A stretch of DNA of 64,000 nucleotides from Eledone cirrhosa (lineage: Eukaryota), in assembly GCA_964016885.1 (NCBI GenBank), contig CAXHJY010001730.1, positions 1 to 64,000 of the forward strand, read 5' to 3'. The notes below the pieces were generated by a model. It saw only the letters and a program-made list of their open reading frames with translations, did no database searches and had not been told where the DNA came from. Made by a program: the position numbers and the translations under genes. Below are positions 1-18,012 of this stretch, piece after piece (the stretch's first letter is position 1; each line of letters begins with the position of its first letter).

Positions 1-19
1 ATCTTGAAAAATAACGTAC

Positions 20-1130
20 AACAACAACACTAAGAGCAGCCACACTAACAACAACAACAACAATAACAACCACCCCAACAACAACCACAAACAAACCAAC
101 ACTAACAATAACAACCACAACAACAGCACTAACAATAAGAACAACAGCAACTATAACAACAACAGCAACTACAACAACAGCAATAATAATAACAGCAGCT
201 ACAACTACAACAACAACAGCAATGACAACTACAACGAAACCAACAACACCTACAAAAGCAATGGCCACAACAATGACAAGAACAACAAAACTAACAACAG
301 CATCAACAATAACACTAACAACTACAATAGTCACAACATCAACACCCACCACTAACGACAGCAACAACAACACGAACAACAACACTAACAACAGTCACAA
401 CACTAACAACAACACCGACCACTCTAACAACGAAGATAACAGATAACAACAACAGTCACAACACTAACAACAACAGTCACAACACTAACAACAACAACAG
501 TCACAACACTAACATCAACACCGACCACTCTAACAACGAAGATAACAACAGCTAACTAGACCAGTCACAACACTAACAACAACAGTCACAACATTAACAA
601 CAACAGTCACAACACTAACATCAACACCGACCACTCTAACAACGAAGATAACAACAGCTAACTAGACCAGTCACAACACTAACAACAACAGTCACAACAT
701 TAACAACAACAGTCACAACACTAACATCAACACCGACCACTCTAACAACGAAGATAACAACAGCTAACTAGACCAGTCACAACACTAACAACAACAGTCA
801 CAACATTAACAACAACAGTCACAACACTAACATCAACACGAACCACTCTAACAACGAAGATAACAGCTAACAACAACAACTACAATAGTCACAACATCAA
901 CACCGACCACAAACGACAGCAACAACAACACCACCAACAACACTAACAACAGTCACAACACTAACAACACTAACATCAACACCGACCACTCTAACAACGA
1001 AGATAACAACAGCTAACAACAACAGTAACAACTACAATAGTCACAACATCAACACCGACCACTAATGACAGCAACAACAACAACAACACCAACAACACTA
1101 ACAACAACAGTAACAACAACTACAACTTAA
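20..1130. repeat. (AAC)-rich low-complexity tract containing a 106-bp minisatellite (about 3 copies, 541-858)
   Basis: GATAACAACAGCTAACTAGACCAG recurs at 541, 647 and 753. Confidence 0.9.
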
Positions 1131-1189
1131 TGTTTATAATGTTGTTGTTGTTATCTTACAAATCAACAACAACAATAACTACAGTGTTG

Positions 1190-1407
1190 TATTGGCAGAA
1201 TCGTTAGAGCGTCGGACACCATGATTCGCGGCATCGAATTACGGCCCTTTACGTTCTGAGTTCAAATCCCGCCGAGGTTAGCTTTGCCTTTCATCCTTAC
1301 AGAGTCGATAAAAGAAAGTTCGAGTAATGCACTGGGGGGGTCGATGTAATCGACTTTCTCCTCCCCTTCAAATTACTGGCCTTGTGCCTAAAGTAGAAAC
1401 AATTATT
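1190..1407 (+). mobile_element. tRNA-derived SINE with Deu/Nin-like central domain (octopus-type), copy 1 of a tandem cluster
   Basis: A-box-like TGGCAGAATCG, B-box GAGTTCAAATCCC, GCCTTTCATCCTT..GTCGATAAAA core, tail TGGCCTTGTGCCTAAAGTAGAAAC; same family recurs across the window. Confidence 0.85.
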
Positions 1408-1420
1408 AACTTTATCACAA

Positions 1421-1622
1421 TGGCGGTGATTTAACAGAATCGTTAGAGCGTCGGACAAAGCCCTTTGTGGAATATAGTTCCGACATTTTACTTTCTGAGT
1501 TCAAATTCTGCCGAGCTTAGCTTTGATTTTCACGCTTAATAGATAGAGCACTGGGGTCGATTTAATCGGTTTTCCCCTTGCCTTCAAATTGCTGGCCTTG
1601 TGCTTAAAACAGAAACCACAAT
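1421..1622 (+). mobile_element. SINE, same family, diverged copy 2
   Basis: AGAATCGTTAGAGCGTCGGAC head, GAGTTCAAATTC B-box, same tail. Confidence 0.8.
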
Positions 1623-1636
1623 TAAAGTTGTCACAA

Positions 1637-1770
1637 TGGCGCTGAATTTAATCGTAAGAGCGTCGGATAAGACTCTTTGTGTTGTGGTATTTTAGGTTCT
1701 GAGCTCAAATCTCGCCGAAGTTAACTTTGCCTTTCATCCTTCTGGGGTCGATAAAATAAAGTACCCGTTA
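1637..1770 (+). mobile_element. SINE, same family, 3'-truncated copy 3
   Basis: Head plus GCCTTTCATCCTTCTGGGGTCGATAAAATAAAGTACC core. Confidence 0.8.
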
Positions 1771-1792
1771 AATTCTAGGGTGACTTCATTAT

Positions 1793-1930
1793 TTGGCAGT
1801 ATCGGTAGAGGGTCGGACGCCATGCTTTCTAGCATAGAGTTACGCCCCTTTATGATCTGAGTTCAAATCTCGCTGAGGTTAACTTTGCTTTTCATCTTTC
1901 TGGGGTCGATAAAATAAAGTACCAGTTAAA
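1793..1930 (+). mobile_element. SINE, same family, 3'-truncated copy 4
   Basis: TTGGCAGTATCGGTAGAGGGTCGGACGCCATGC head identical to copies at 48.8 and 54.0 kb. Confidence 0.85.
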
Positions 1931-2078
1931 CTTTCTAGGGTGACTTCATTATTTTTGTCAAATTGCAATAAAAATAGCAAGTACAACAAAGACAAAACTA
2001 CTGACATCTTGTAAACATCTCTCACCACTCCTCTCGTCTTGTTAACATCTCTTACTACTCCTCTCGTCTCCAATGCTA

Positions 2079-2109
<31 letters not shown>

Positions 2110-2329
2110 CGAATACACCACTTGTCTTCATTGCTACTCTCTTATTAACACCTCCTACCATCCCTCTCGTCTCCACTGCTACTCTCTCTCTCTCTCTCAC
2201 TGACACCGCCCACTATCCCTCACAACTCCATTGCTACTTTGTCTTTCACACTGACACCTCCCACCAACCCCTCTCATCTCCACAGCTACTCTCTCAAACT
2301 AACACCATACACTCTCCTCTCTCATAGAA

Positions 2330-2425
2330 AAAAGTCGGTCAGAACAGGATTTGTAGACAGAACGTAAAGGGTCGTCGGAAAATACCACAATATGTTTTGA
2401 TTTGGCGCTCAACCGCTTATGGCAG
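2330..2425 (-). mobile_element. Degenerate SINE head fragment
   Basis: Reverse complement contains CCCTTTACGTTCTG...CAAATCC, matching the SINE head. Confidence 0.45.
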
Positions 2426-2719
2426 GAATGCCTATTCTCCCACGACTATCCCTATACCTGCACGCCCATCCCTACCTCCCGCGACAATTCCCCCTGGGCA
2501 CCCCATCCTTGTATAACTGAAAGGAGAGAAAATAGATCTACATCGGCGTTTTGAATTCAGAACTTCAAAATAGGTGGAGTGGGGGAGTGGTGGTGTGGGG
2601 GAGTGGGGGAGTGGTGGTGTGTCATAGCTAGATCTTATATACGACAATGTAGGATATTTATTGAACAGTTGTAGTGATTTGTGTCAATCAATCAAACATT
2701 TTAATCCCAGTATCGATGA

Positions 2720-3385
2720 CAGCAACAACAACGCCAACAATAACTACAGACCTACAGAGACCGAACAACAACACAACACCAACACTATAACAAAGTCAAC
2801 AACAACAATAATAATACCAGTAACAACAACAACAACAATAACAACGACAATAACAATACCAACAACAACAGACCTACATAGAACAACAACAACGCCACCA
2901 TAACAAAATCAACAACAACAACAACAACAATAACAACGACCAACAACAACAACAGACCTACAGAGACCAACAACGCCACCATAACAAAATCAACAACAAC
3001 AACAACAACAACAACAACAGACCTACAACGACGCCACCATAACAAAATCAACAACAACGACAATAATATCAGTAACAACAACAATAGCACCGTCACCACA
3101 ACATCACCTCTACAACAATAACAGACACCACCAGCAACAACAACCAAAACAATATCATACCTGCAGAGACCTAAAGCAACACACCACCACTACCATAATA
3201 ACAACTACCAGCAAGAGACGTACAGAGATCAATAACAGTACCATCATTACGACAACAGACACCACTGCACCACCACAACAACAGACACCACTACACCACC
3301 ACCGTCACCACAACAACAACGGACACCACTACACCACCGCCGTAACAACAACATACACCACTACACCACCAACGTCACCACCTCA
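2720..3385. repeat. (AAC)/(ACC)-rich low-complexity tract
   Basis: Trinucleotide repeats with recurring CAGACCTACA and CACCACTACACCACC motifs. Confidence 0.9.
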
Positions 3386-3466
3386 ACAGATACCAGACTT
3401 TTTTGTTCTTATGACAATGTCTATGAATATATCAGTCTTATGTATAGACAGAGATACATAGTTATC

Positions 3467-3743
3467 TATATATACATATACATATATATACATACATATA
3501 TATATACATATACATATATACATATATATATATACATATATATATACATACATATATATATACATATACATACATATATACATATACATATACATACATA
3601 TATATATACATATACATACATATATATATACATATACATACATATATATATACATATACATACATATATATATACATATACATACATATATATATACATA
3701 TACATACATATATATATACATATACATACATATATATATACAT

Positions 3744-3774
<31 letters not shown>

Positions 3775-4123
3775 CACATATATATACATACATATATATA
3801 TACATATATATACATACATATATATATACATATATATACATATATATATACATATATATACATACATATATATATACATATATATACATACATATATATA
3901 TACATATATATACATACATATATATATACATATATATACATACATATATATATACATATATATACATATATATATACATACATATATATATACATATATA
4001 TACATACATATATATATATATATATACATATACATACATATATATATATATACATATATATACATATACATACATATATATATATATACATATATATACA
4101 TAGATATATATATATATACACAT

Positions 4124-4164
<41 letters not shown>

Positions 4165-4771
4165 GATATATAGATATATACATAGATATATATATATATA
4201 CATAGATATACATAGATATATATATACATAGATATAGATATATACATATAGATATATATATACATATATATAGATATATATATACATATATATATACATA
4301 TATATAAATATATATATAAATATACATATATATAGATATATATAAATATATATATAAATATACATATATATAGATATATATAAATATATATAAATATATA
4401 TATAAATATAAATATACTATATATATATATAATATATATATAAATATACATATATATAGATATATATACATATATATAGATATATATATACATATATATA
4501 GATATATATATACATATATATAAATACATATATATAAATATATATATACATATATATATACATATATATAAATATATATATATACATATATATAAATATA
4601 TATATACATATATATAAATATATATATAAATATATATAAATATATATAAATATATATATAAATATATATATAAATATATGTAAATATATATATAAATATA
4701 TATATAAATATATATATATATAAATATATATATACATAAATATATATATACATATATATATAAAATATAAT

Positions 4772-4802
<31 letters not shown>

Positions 4803-5678
4803 AATATATATATACATATATATAAATATATATATAAATATATATATATATAAATATATATATACATATATATATATATAAATATATATATACATATATA
4901 TATATATAAATATATATATACATATATATAAATATATATATACATATATATAAATATATATATACATATATATAAATATATATATACATATATATAAATA
5001 TATATATACATATATATAAATATATATATACATATATATAAATATATATATACATATATATAAATATATATATATAAATATATATATACATATATATATA
5101 AATATATATATACATATATATAAATATATATATACATATATATAAATATATATATACATATATATAAATATATATATACATATATATAAATATATATATA
5201 CATATATATAAATATATATATACATATATATAAATATATATATATAAATATATATATATAAATATATATATACATATATATATAAATATATATATACATA
5301 TATATAAATATATATATACATATATATAAATATATATATACATATATATATAAATATATATATACATATATATATAAATATATATATACATATATATATA
5401 CAAATATACATATATATATAAATATACATATATATTTATATATACATATATATATATTTATATATACATATATATAAATATATATACATATATATATTTA
5501 TATATACATATATATAAATATATATACATATATATAAATATATATACATATATATAAATATATATACATATATATAAATATATATATATATATATTATAC
5601 ATATAAATAAATATATATATACATATAAATATATATATATATTTATATAAATATATTTATATAAATATATTTATATAA

Positions 5679-5732
<54 letters not shown>

Positions 5733-6272
5733 AAATATATATTTATATATAAATATATATAAATATATATATATATTTATATATAAATATATACATATAT
5801 TTATATAAATATACATATATATTTAAATAAATATATATATATATTTAAATAAATATATATATATATTTAAATAAATATATATATTTATATATAAATATAT
5901 ACATATATTTATATAAATATTTATATAAATATTTCTAAATATATATATATATATATATATATAAATATATTTATATATTTATAAATATATATTTATATAT
6001 ATATTTATATAAATATTTATATATATTTATATAAATATATATATATATTTATATAAATATATATAAATATATATATATATTTATATATAAATATATTAAC
6101 ATATATTTATATAAATATATATATATATTTATATAAATATATATATATATTTATATATATATATTTATATATAAATATATACATATATTTATATAAATAT
6201 TGATATAAATATTTATAAATATATATATATATAAATATATTTATATAAATTTATATATTGATATTTTTATAA

Positions 6273-6317
<45 letters not shown>

Positions 6318-6981
6318 AATATATATATAAATATATATATATATATATTTATATATAAATATATATATAAATATATATATAAATATATATATATATAAAT
6401 ATATATATAAATATATATATAAATATATATATAAATATATATATAAATATATATATAAATATATATATATATTTATATATAAATATATATATAAATATAT
6501 ATATAAATATATATATATATTTATATATAAATATATATATAAATATATAAATATATATATATATATATAAATATATATATATATATTTATATATAAATAT
6601 ATATATATTTATATATAAATATATATATATTTATATAAATATATATATAAATATATAAATATATATATATATATATAAATATATATATATATATTTATAT
6701 ATAAATATATATATATTTATATATAAATATATATATATTTATATAAATATATATATATATTTATATATAAATATATATATATATATTTATATATATATAT
6801 ATAAATATATATATATATTTATATATAAATATATATATATTTATATAAATATATATATATATTTATATATAAATATATATATATATTTATATATATATAT
6901 ATAAATATATATATATATTTATATATAAATATATATATATATTTATATATAAATATATATATATATTTATATATATATATT

Positions 6982-7013
<32 letters not shown>

Positions 7014-7110
7014 TATAAATATATATATATATAAATATATATATATATAAATATATATATATATAAATATATATATAAATATATATATATATAAATATAT
7101 ATATATAAAT
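3467..7110. repeat. Interrupted (TA)n array with successive CA-, GA-, AA- and TT-variant domains
   Basis: Direct inspection. Confidence 0.95.
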
Positions 7111-7467
7111 ATATACGATATTAACAAATGGAAACTATATTTATAAAACCATATCTATTCTATTATACATATTTCAAGGATACCATGTTAAATTATGGTA
7201 TGCTTTCATCAGACAATATATACCAGATTTATAAATAAATATTGACATACTCTATCAAAATGCAATATTGACATACTCTTTCAAAATGCATACCATAATT
7301 TAACATGGTATCCTTGAAATATGTATAATAGAATAGATATGGTTTTATAAATATAGTTTCCATTTGTTAATATCGTATATTTACTCCAAATACTTGTCGA
7401 GTGCTTTATATCAGTTATAAAAATATTTGCTTGTTGTATCCCAACAATTTAAATAGAACTTTTGCAT
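7111..7467. mobile_element. Fold-back hammerhead-bearing element, family C (Penelope-like pLTR remnant)
   Basis: 93-bp inverted arms 7111-7203 and 7288-7380 with no mismatch seen; right arm continues to about 7467; flanked by (TA)n; related copy at 17815-17995. Confidence 0.75.
7160..7216 (-). ncRNA. Type I hammerhead ribozyme motif (family C)
   Basis: UUGU-CUGAUGA-[AAG C AUACCAU loop AUGGUAU C CUU]-GAA-AUA UG UAU-A-AUAG; long stem II, AUA triplet, weak 4-bp stem I with two G-U pairs. Confidence 0.6.
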
Positions 7468-7596
7468 ATATAAATATATATATTTATATATAAATATATA
7501 TATAAATATATATATATATATTTATATATAAATATATATATAAATATATATATATATATTTATATATAAATATATATATATAATAATATATATATA

Positions 7597-7629
<33 letters not shown>

Positions 7630-7650
7630 TAATATATAAATATATATATA

Positions 7651-7681
<31 letters not shown>

Positions 7682-7744
7682 TTATATATAAATATATATA
7701 TATATATTTATATATAAATATATATATAAATATATATATCTATA

Positions 7745-7875
7745 TCCAAAATCCAGATAAATGAAATGAATTTAATCTAAATCAAAATTATGGGTGTCAT
7801 GCCAGAAAGACATGCACCATATCACCCGCAAAATAAGCTCTAAGATTCTAACGAGTAGGTCCGAGCATTTTATAA
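7745..7875 (-). repeat. Unclassified dispersed repeat (family G), related to 50203-50310
   Basis: Reverse complement AAATGCTCGGA..TACT..GAATCTT.GAGC.TATT...CATGACA.CC..ATAATTTT aligns with the 50.2-kb copy. Confidence 0.55.
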
Positions 7876-8002
7876 TAACTAGAAATTGATTAACATATAA
7901 ATAAACATGAATAAACATGAATAATCATATTATAAGGTATCTATTTTTGAAGTTCTGGTCAACTTTATTTAGTTACCTACCTAGCTATTTCATCCTTTTT
8001 TT

Positions 8003-8051
<49 letters not shown>

Positions 8052-8317
8052 ATATATATATAAAATATTATATCATATATATATATATATGAGGGTTCAA
8101 CACATTTATAAATGAATTAGTATATGTGTAAATATAAGTAAATATAAATCTTTTCATATGGCTCAATGTGTGTTTCTGTGTGTGTGTGCGTACCTGTATG
8201 TGTGTGTATATTTGTACCCCTTCCACCGTTTTCCCTCCCTCCGCCTCCGCCCCTTTTTTTTCTAAATGTCTCTCCACCACTCCTCCACACACCATCGGAA
8301 CTCTCTTCCCACCCTCT

Positions 8318-8350
8318 ATTCTCCCGAAGAAGGGCTTATTCCCGAAATGC
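8318..8350 (+). ncRNA. Degenerate Penelope-type hammerhead (core U4 to C, stem III/I disrupted)
   Basis: CCGAAGA-A-GGG cttatt CCC-GAAATGC resembles the CTGAAGAAGGGCTTATGCCCGAAACG type of Penelope pLTR motif. Confidence 0.4.
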
Positions 8351-8461
8351 CCCCCCCCCACCCACAAGAGCGTGAAACTAATAACTTTGTTTGTACTGCC
8401 TCTCTGTTATGTTCCCGTTCCATTTTTCAGTATATATATATATACTTATATATCTGCTCTT

Positions 8462-8502
<41 letters not shown>

Positions 8503-8939
8503 GTACGTATATCTACAACCTATCGGGATATCAATCAGTTCAAACCTTTAAGAAAATGTAAATTCTATTGATATAAATATGATTTTCACAGATGTAGGAT
8601 ATCAGTGTGTACATTTCCACACATATCTATGCACACATATACACACATACCTAACCATACTCATATAAAAATACACATATACATAGACATATACACACAC
8701 ACATACGCGAAAAGAAAAGTAAAAGGGGAAAAATCATTATAAACATACTACCTCACACACATACACACATATAAATATATATATATATAGATAGATAGAT
8801 ACACATATATACATACATTCATATATACATACATATATATATATATATACATACATACATCCATATATATACATACAAACGCACATCAATATATATACAT
8901 GTATACACACACACATATATATATACATACACCCACACA

Positions 8940-13580
<4,641 letters not shown>

Positions 13581-13718
13581 TATATATATATATATACATA
13601 TATATATACATATATATATATATACATATATATATACATATATATATATATACATATATATATACATACATATATATATACATACATATATATATACATA
13701 CATATATATATACATACA

Positions 13719-13816
<98 letters not shown>

Positions 13817-14157
13817 CATACATATATATATACATACATATATATATACATACATATATATATACATACATATATATATACATACATATATATATACATA
13901 CATATATATACATATATATATATATACATACATATATATATACATACATATATATATACATACATATATATATACATACATATATATATACATACATATA
14001 TATACATATATATATATATACATACATATATATATACATACATATATATATACATACATATATATATACATACATATATATACATATATATATATATACA
14101 TACATATATATATACATACATATATATATACATACATATATATACATATATATATAT

Positions 14158-14188
<31 letters not shown>

Positions 14189-14203
14189 TACATATATATA
14201 TAC

Positions 14204-14240
<37 letters not shown>

Positions 14241-14509
14241 CATATATATATACATATATATATATACATATATATACATATATATATACATATATATACA
14301 TATATATACATATATATACATATATATACACATATATATATACATATATATATACATATATATACATATATATACATATATATACATATATATACATATA
14401 TATACACATATATATACATATATATACACATATATATATACATATATATACATATATATACATATATATACATATATATACATATATATATATACATATA
14501 TATATATAC

Positions 14510-14540
<31 letters not shown>

Positions 14541-14587
14541 CATATATATATACATATATATACATATATATATACATATATATATAC

Positions 14588-14667
<80 letters not shown>

Positions 14668-14740
14668 TATATATATATTGTGGTCAGGATCTTTCTTAAT
14701 GTTATTCTCATATATATTTATATATATATATATATATATA
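13581..14740. repeat. (TA)n/(TACA)n array
   Basis: Direct inspection. Confidence 0.95.
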
Positions 14741-14898
14741 AGCATGTATGTATGATGTATATAGAATATAGAATTATAAAACACAATATGAAGAACAAAA
14801 CGTAGAGCATAAACACAATAGTTAGAAACTTCTTTACTGTCACACTTATCTGCTGAGATAGTTCTTTGATGGCAGGAAAGAACCATGTGAATTGTTAA

Positions 14899-15190
14899 TT
14901 CTCTCTCTCTCTGTCTGTAACAATCACTCTTTCACTGACTGATTCTCTCTCTCTGTGTAATAATCACTCTTTCACTGACTAATTCTCTCTCTCTCTCTCT
15001 CTGTAACAATCACTCTTTCACTGACTGATTCTCTCTCTCTCTCTCTCTCTCTGTAACAATCACTCTTTCACTGACTGATTCTCTCTCTCTCTCTCTCTCT
15101 CTGTAACAATCACTCTTTCACTGACTAATTCTCTCTCTCTCTCTCTGTAACAATCACTCTTTCACTGATTAATTCTCTCTCTCTCTCGCT
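14899..15190. repeat. Minisatellite, (CT)n-GTAACAATCACTCTTTCACTGACT(G/A)ATT, about 6 units
   Basis: Constant core separated by variable-length CT runs. Confidence 0.9.
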
Positions 15191-15770
15191 GTTCCACCCA
15201 CCCTCACTCTTTCACCAACTCTTTCTCTCTCTCACACACTGTCGTTGTCTCACTCACACTTTCTTTCTGTCTCTATCTCTCTCTCTCTCACCCCCTCTCC
15301 CTTGCTGTCTCACCCACTCTCACTCGTTCGTCCACTCTTTGACTCTTTCTATGTCTCTCTCTCTTAATCTCTCTCTCTCTCTCTCTCTCTGTCACACCCA
15401 TTCTCACTCACCCAGTCTCTGTCTCTCTGTCCTTCTCGCTGTCTCAGTCACTCTCAGTGTCACTTTCTCTCGCCGTCTCATCCATTCTCACTCTCTGTTT
15501 TTCTCTCTCTCTCTCTTGCTGTCTCACCTACTCTCTCCCTCTGTCACTCGCACTCTCTCTCAGAAACTCACTCTCAGTCACTCACTATCACGCACTCTCT
15601 CTGCCATCGCTAATCTATCCCAAACCTACACTACACGCCTTCTATATCTAATACCACCTCTTTCTATCTTTCTTCTCCCAGCTATACAAAATGACCGCAC
15701 ATATACCAATCATATTTTTTATTTCTTCCACGTCTTCTGTATATAGAAGAATATAAATATTTAGTACAAA

Positions 15771-15871
15771 ATGGCTTCTACAAGACTAGAACTGTTTCAT
15801 TCGGAGAAAATCATCGAGTAAGCCCTGATGATTTCATCCGGATGAAACAGTTCTAGTCCTGTAGAAGCCAT
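15771..15871. mobile_element. Fold-back hammerhead-bearing element, family A
   Basis: ATGGCTTCTACA.GACTAGAACTGTTTCAT and its reverse complement; plus-strand CUGAUGA (15825) ... GAA-ACAG loop CUGU-A, with the 5' strand of stem I lost. Confidence 0.75.
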
Positions 15872-15886
15872 CTCTATATATATAAT

Positions 15887-15927
<41 letters not shown>

Positions 15928-16057
15928 AATATATATATATATATATATATAAATATATATAAATGAAGTAATCCCGTCGGAAAAGTCCAGGAAAAAAGAG
16001 TGCTCTATGTAGGCAACAGAGCTTAATAGTTATGTAATAAACAACATAAGGCAATTA

Positions 16058-16118
16058 TTTCATTTACCAGTGGTTTCTTAAAAGCAAAAAAATGTTGCTT
16101 TCAATCATCAGAATGAAA
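16058..16118 (-). ncRNA. Type I hammerhead ribozyme (family D)
   Basis: UUUCAUU-CUGAUGA-UUGAAAGCAA loop UUGCUUUUAA-GAA-ACCA C UGGU-A-AAUGAAA; 7-bp stem I, about 10-bp stem II, GUA triplet. Confidence 0.85.
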
Positions 16119-16182
16119 AAATCGTGGTGTATTTATTGGCGTTGGATTTTAAAAACCAACGCCAATAAATACACCAGGATTT

Positions 16183-16243
16183 TTTCATCCTGATGATTGA
16201 AAGTAAAATTTGTTTGCTTTTAAGAAACCACTGGTAAATGAAA
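16183..16243 (+). ncRNA. Type I hammerhead ribozyme (family D, mirror copy)
   Basis: Same fold with a C-A mismatch at the first stem I pair. Confidence 0.7.
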
Positions 16244-16275
16244 TAATTGCCTTATTTTGTTTATTACATAACTAT

Positions 16276-17092
16276 ATATATATATATATACATTTGTATA
16301 TATATATATATATATATATATACATTTGTATATATATATATATATATACATTTGTATATATATATATATATATATACATTTGTATATATATATATATATA
16401 TATATACATTTGTATATATATATATATATATATATATACATTTGTATATATATATATATATATATATACATTTGTATATATATATATATATATATACATT
16501 TGTATATATATATATATATATACATTTGTATATATATATATATATATACATTTGTATATATATATATATATATACATTTGTATATATATATATATATATA
16601 CATTTGTATATATATATATATATATATACATTTGTATATATATATATATATATACATTTGTATATATATATATATATACATTTGTATATATATATATATA
16701 CATTTGTATATATATATATATATATACATTTGTATATATATATATATATTTGTATATATATATATATATATATATTTGTATATATATATATATATATATA
16801 TATTTGTATATATATATATATATATATTTGTATATATATATATATATATATATTTATTTGTATATATATATATATATATATATTTGTATATATATATATA
16901 TATATATATTTGTATATATATATATATATATATTTGTATATATATATATATATATTTGTATATATATATATATATATTTGTATATATATATATATATATT
17001 TGTATATATATATATATATATTTGTATATATATATATATATATTTGTATATTTGTATATATATATATATATTTGTATATATATATATATATT

Positions 17093-17134
<42 letters not shown>
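16276..17134. repeat. (TA)n-CATTTG / (TA)n-TTTG minisatellite
   Basis: CATTTGTA units up to about 16735, then TATTTGTA units. Confidence 0.95.
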
Positions 17135-17137
<3 letters not shown>

Positions 17138-17220
17138 CGTTATTCCGGGTTGAATCGGAGGTAACCACAGTAAGTAAGGTACTCAATACATAGAACAGTA
17201 TAAAAGTTTTAATATAGATG

Positions 17221-17271
17221 AGATTCTACAGGACTAGAACTGTTTCATTCTTTAGAAATCATCAGGAATCT
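17221..17271 (-). ncRNA. Type I hammerhead ribozyme (family A)
   Basis: AGAUUC-CUGAUGA-U UUC uaaa GAA U-GAA-ACAG uucuaguc CUGU-A-GAAUCU. Confidence 0.8.
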
Positions 17272-17272
17272 T

Positions 17273-17325
17273 GAGATTCCTGATGATTTCTAAAGAATGA
17301 AACAGTTCTAGTCCTGTAGAATCTC
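17273..17325 (+). ncRNA. Type I hammerhead ribozyme (family A)
   Basis: GAGAUUC/GAAUCUC 7-bp stem I, intact core, 4-bp stem III, GUA triplet. Confidence 0.85.
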
Positions 17326-17814
17326 ATCTATATTAAAACTATATATATATATATATATATGTGAGAGAGAGAGAAACCCACAAAAACATGTATATAAATG
17401 TATAGTATAATGTGTGTGTGTGTGTAAATATATATATACATATATATATATATATACATATATATATACACACACACTATAAATATACATACTATACATA
17501 TATGTATATAAACAGTGTCAAAAAGTCCCCGCGAGAAATAAAATCTGACTAAGTAAAACTTTCTTACGTTACAGATTTTAAAAATATCCGCTCTGTAGCA
17601 GATCTCTCCAAAATAAACAACGAATGTTTACATTCTTCGTTGAAAATGTCATATTAGCAACGCCAGAACGGCATAAAAACTACCAACAAAATAATTAGGT
17701 CACTCTTTTAAAATGTCAAATTTAATCAAATATCTTTATTTCTCTGTAAGTGCGGAAGAAATACTTGGTTTGCTTGAAGTATGAAAATAAATATAAATAT
17801 ATATATATATATAT

Positions 17815-17995
17815 ATGCAAAAGTTTTATTTAAAATTGTTGGGTTACAACGAGTAAATATTTTATAACTGATATAAAAGCACTCAACAAGTTTTGGAGTA
17901 GATTTACGATATTTTTAATATGATATCCCTGAAATATATATAATGAAATAAATATGGTTTTATAAATATAGTTTCCATTTGTTTAATATCGTATA
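17815..17995. mobile_element. Family C element, internally deleted copy in opposite orientation
   Basis: 17815-17912 matches the reverse complement of 7370-7467; 17925-17995 matches 7309-7380. Confidence 0.75.
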
Positions 17996-18012
17996 TATAT
18001 ATATATATATAT

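Larger units (their letters stand above)
15962..16275. mobile_element. Fold-back hammerhead-bearing element, family D
   Basis: Spacerless palindrome 16026-16275 centred at 16150/16151, 125-bp arms, about 7 mismatches; left arm extends to about 15962. Confidence 0.85.
17135..17340. mobile_element. Fold-back hammerhead-bearing element, family A, young copy
   Basis: 67-bp arms 17205-17271 and 17274-17340 with no mismatch seen, 2-nt spacer; left arm extends to about 17135 and includes TACTCAATACA shared with the 40.9-kb copy. Confidence 0.85.

Noticed and set aside
1190-1275. SINE heads as functional tRNA genes
   Set aside because: A and B boxes are present but no full cloverleaf forms, and they continue into SINE core and tail sequence.
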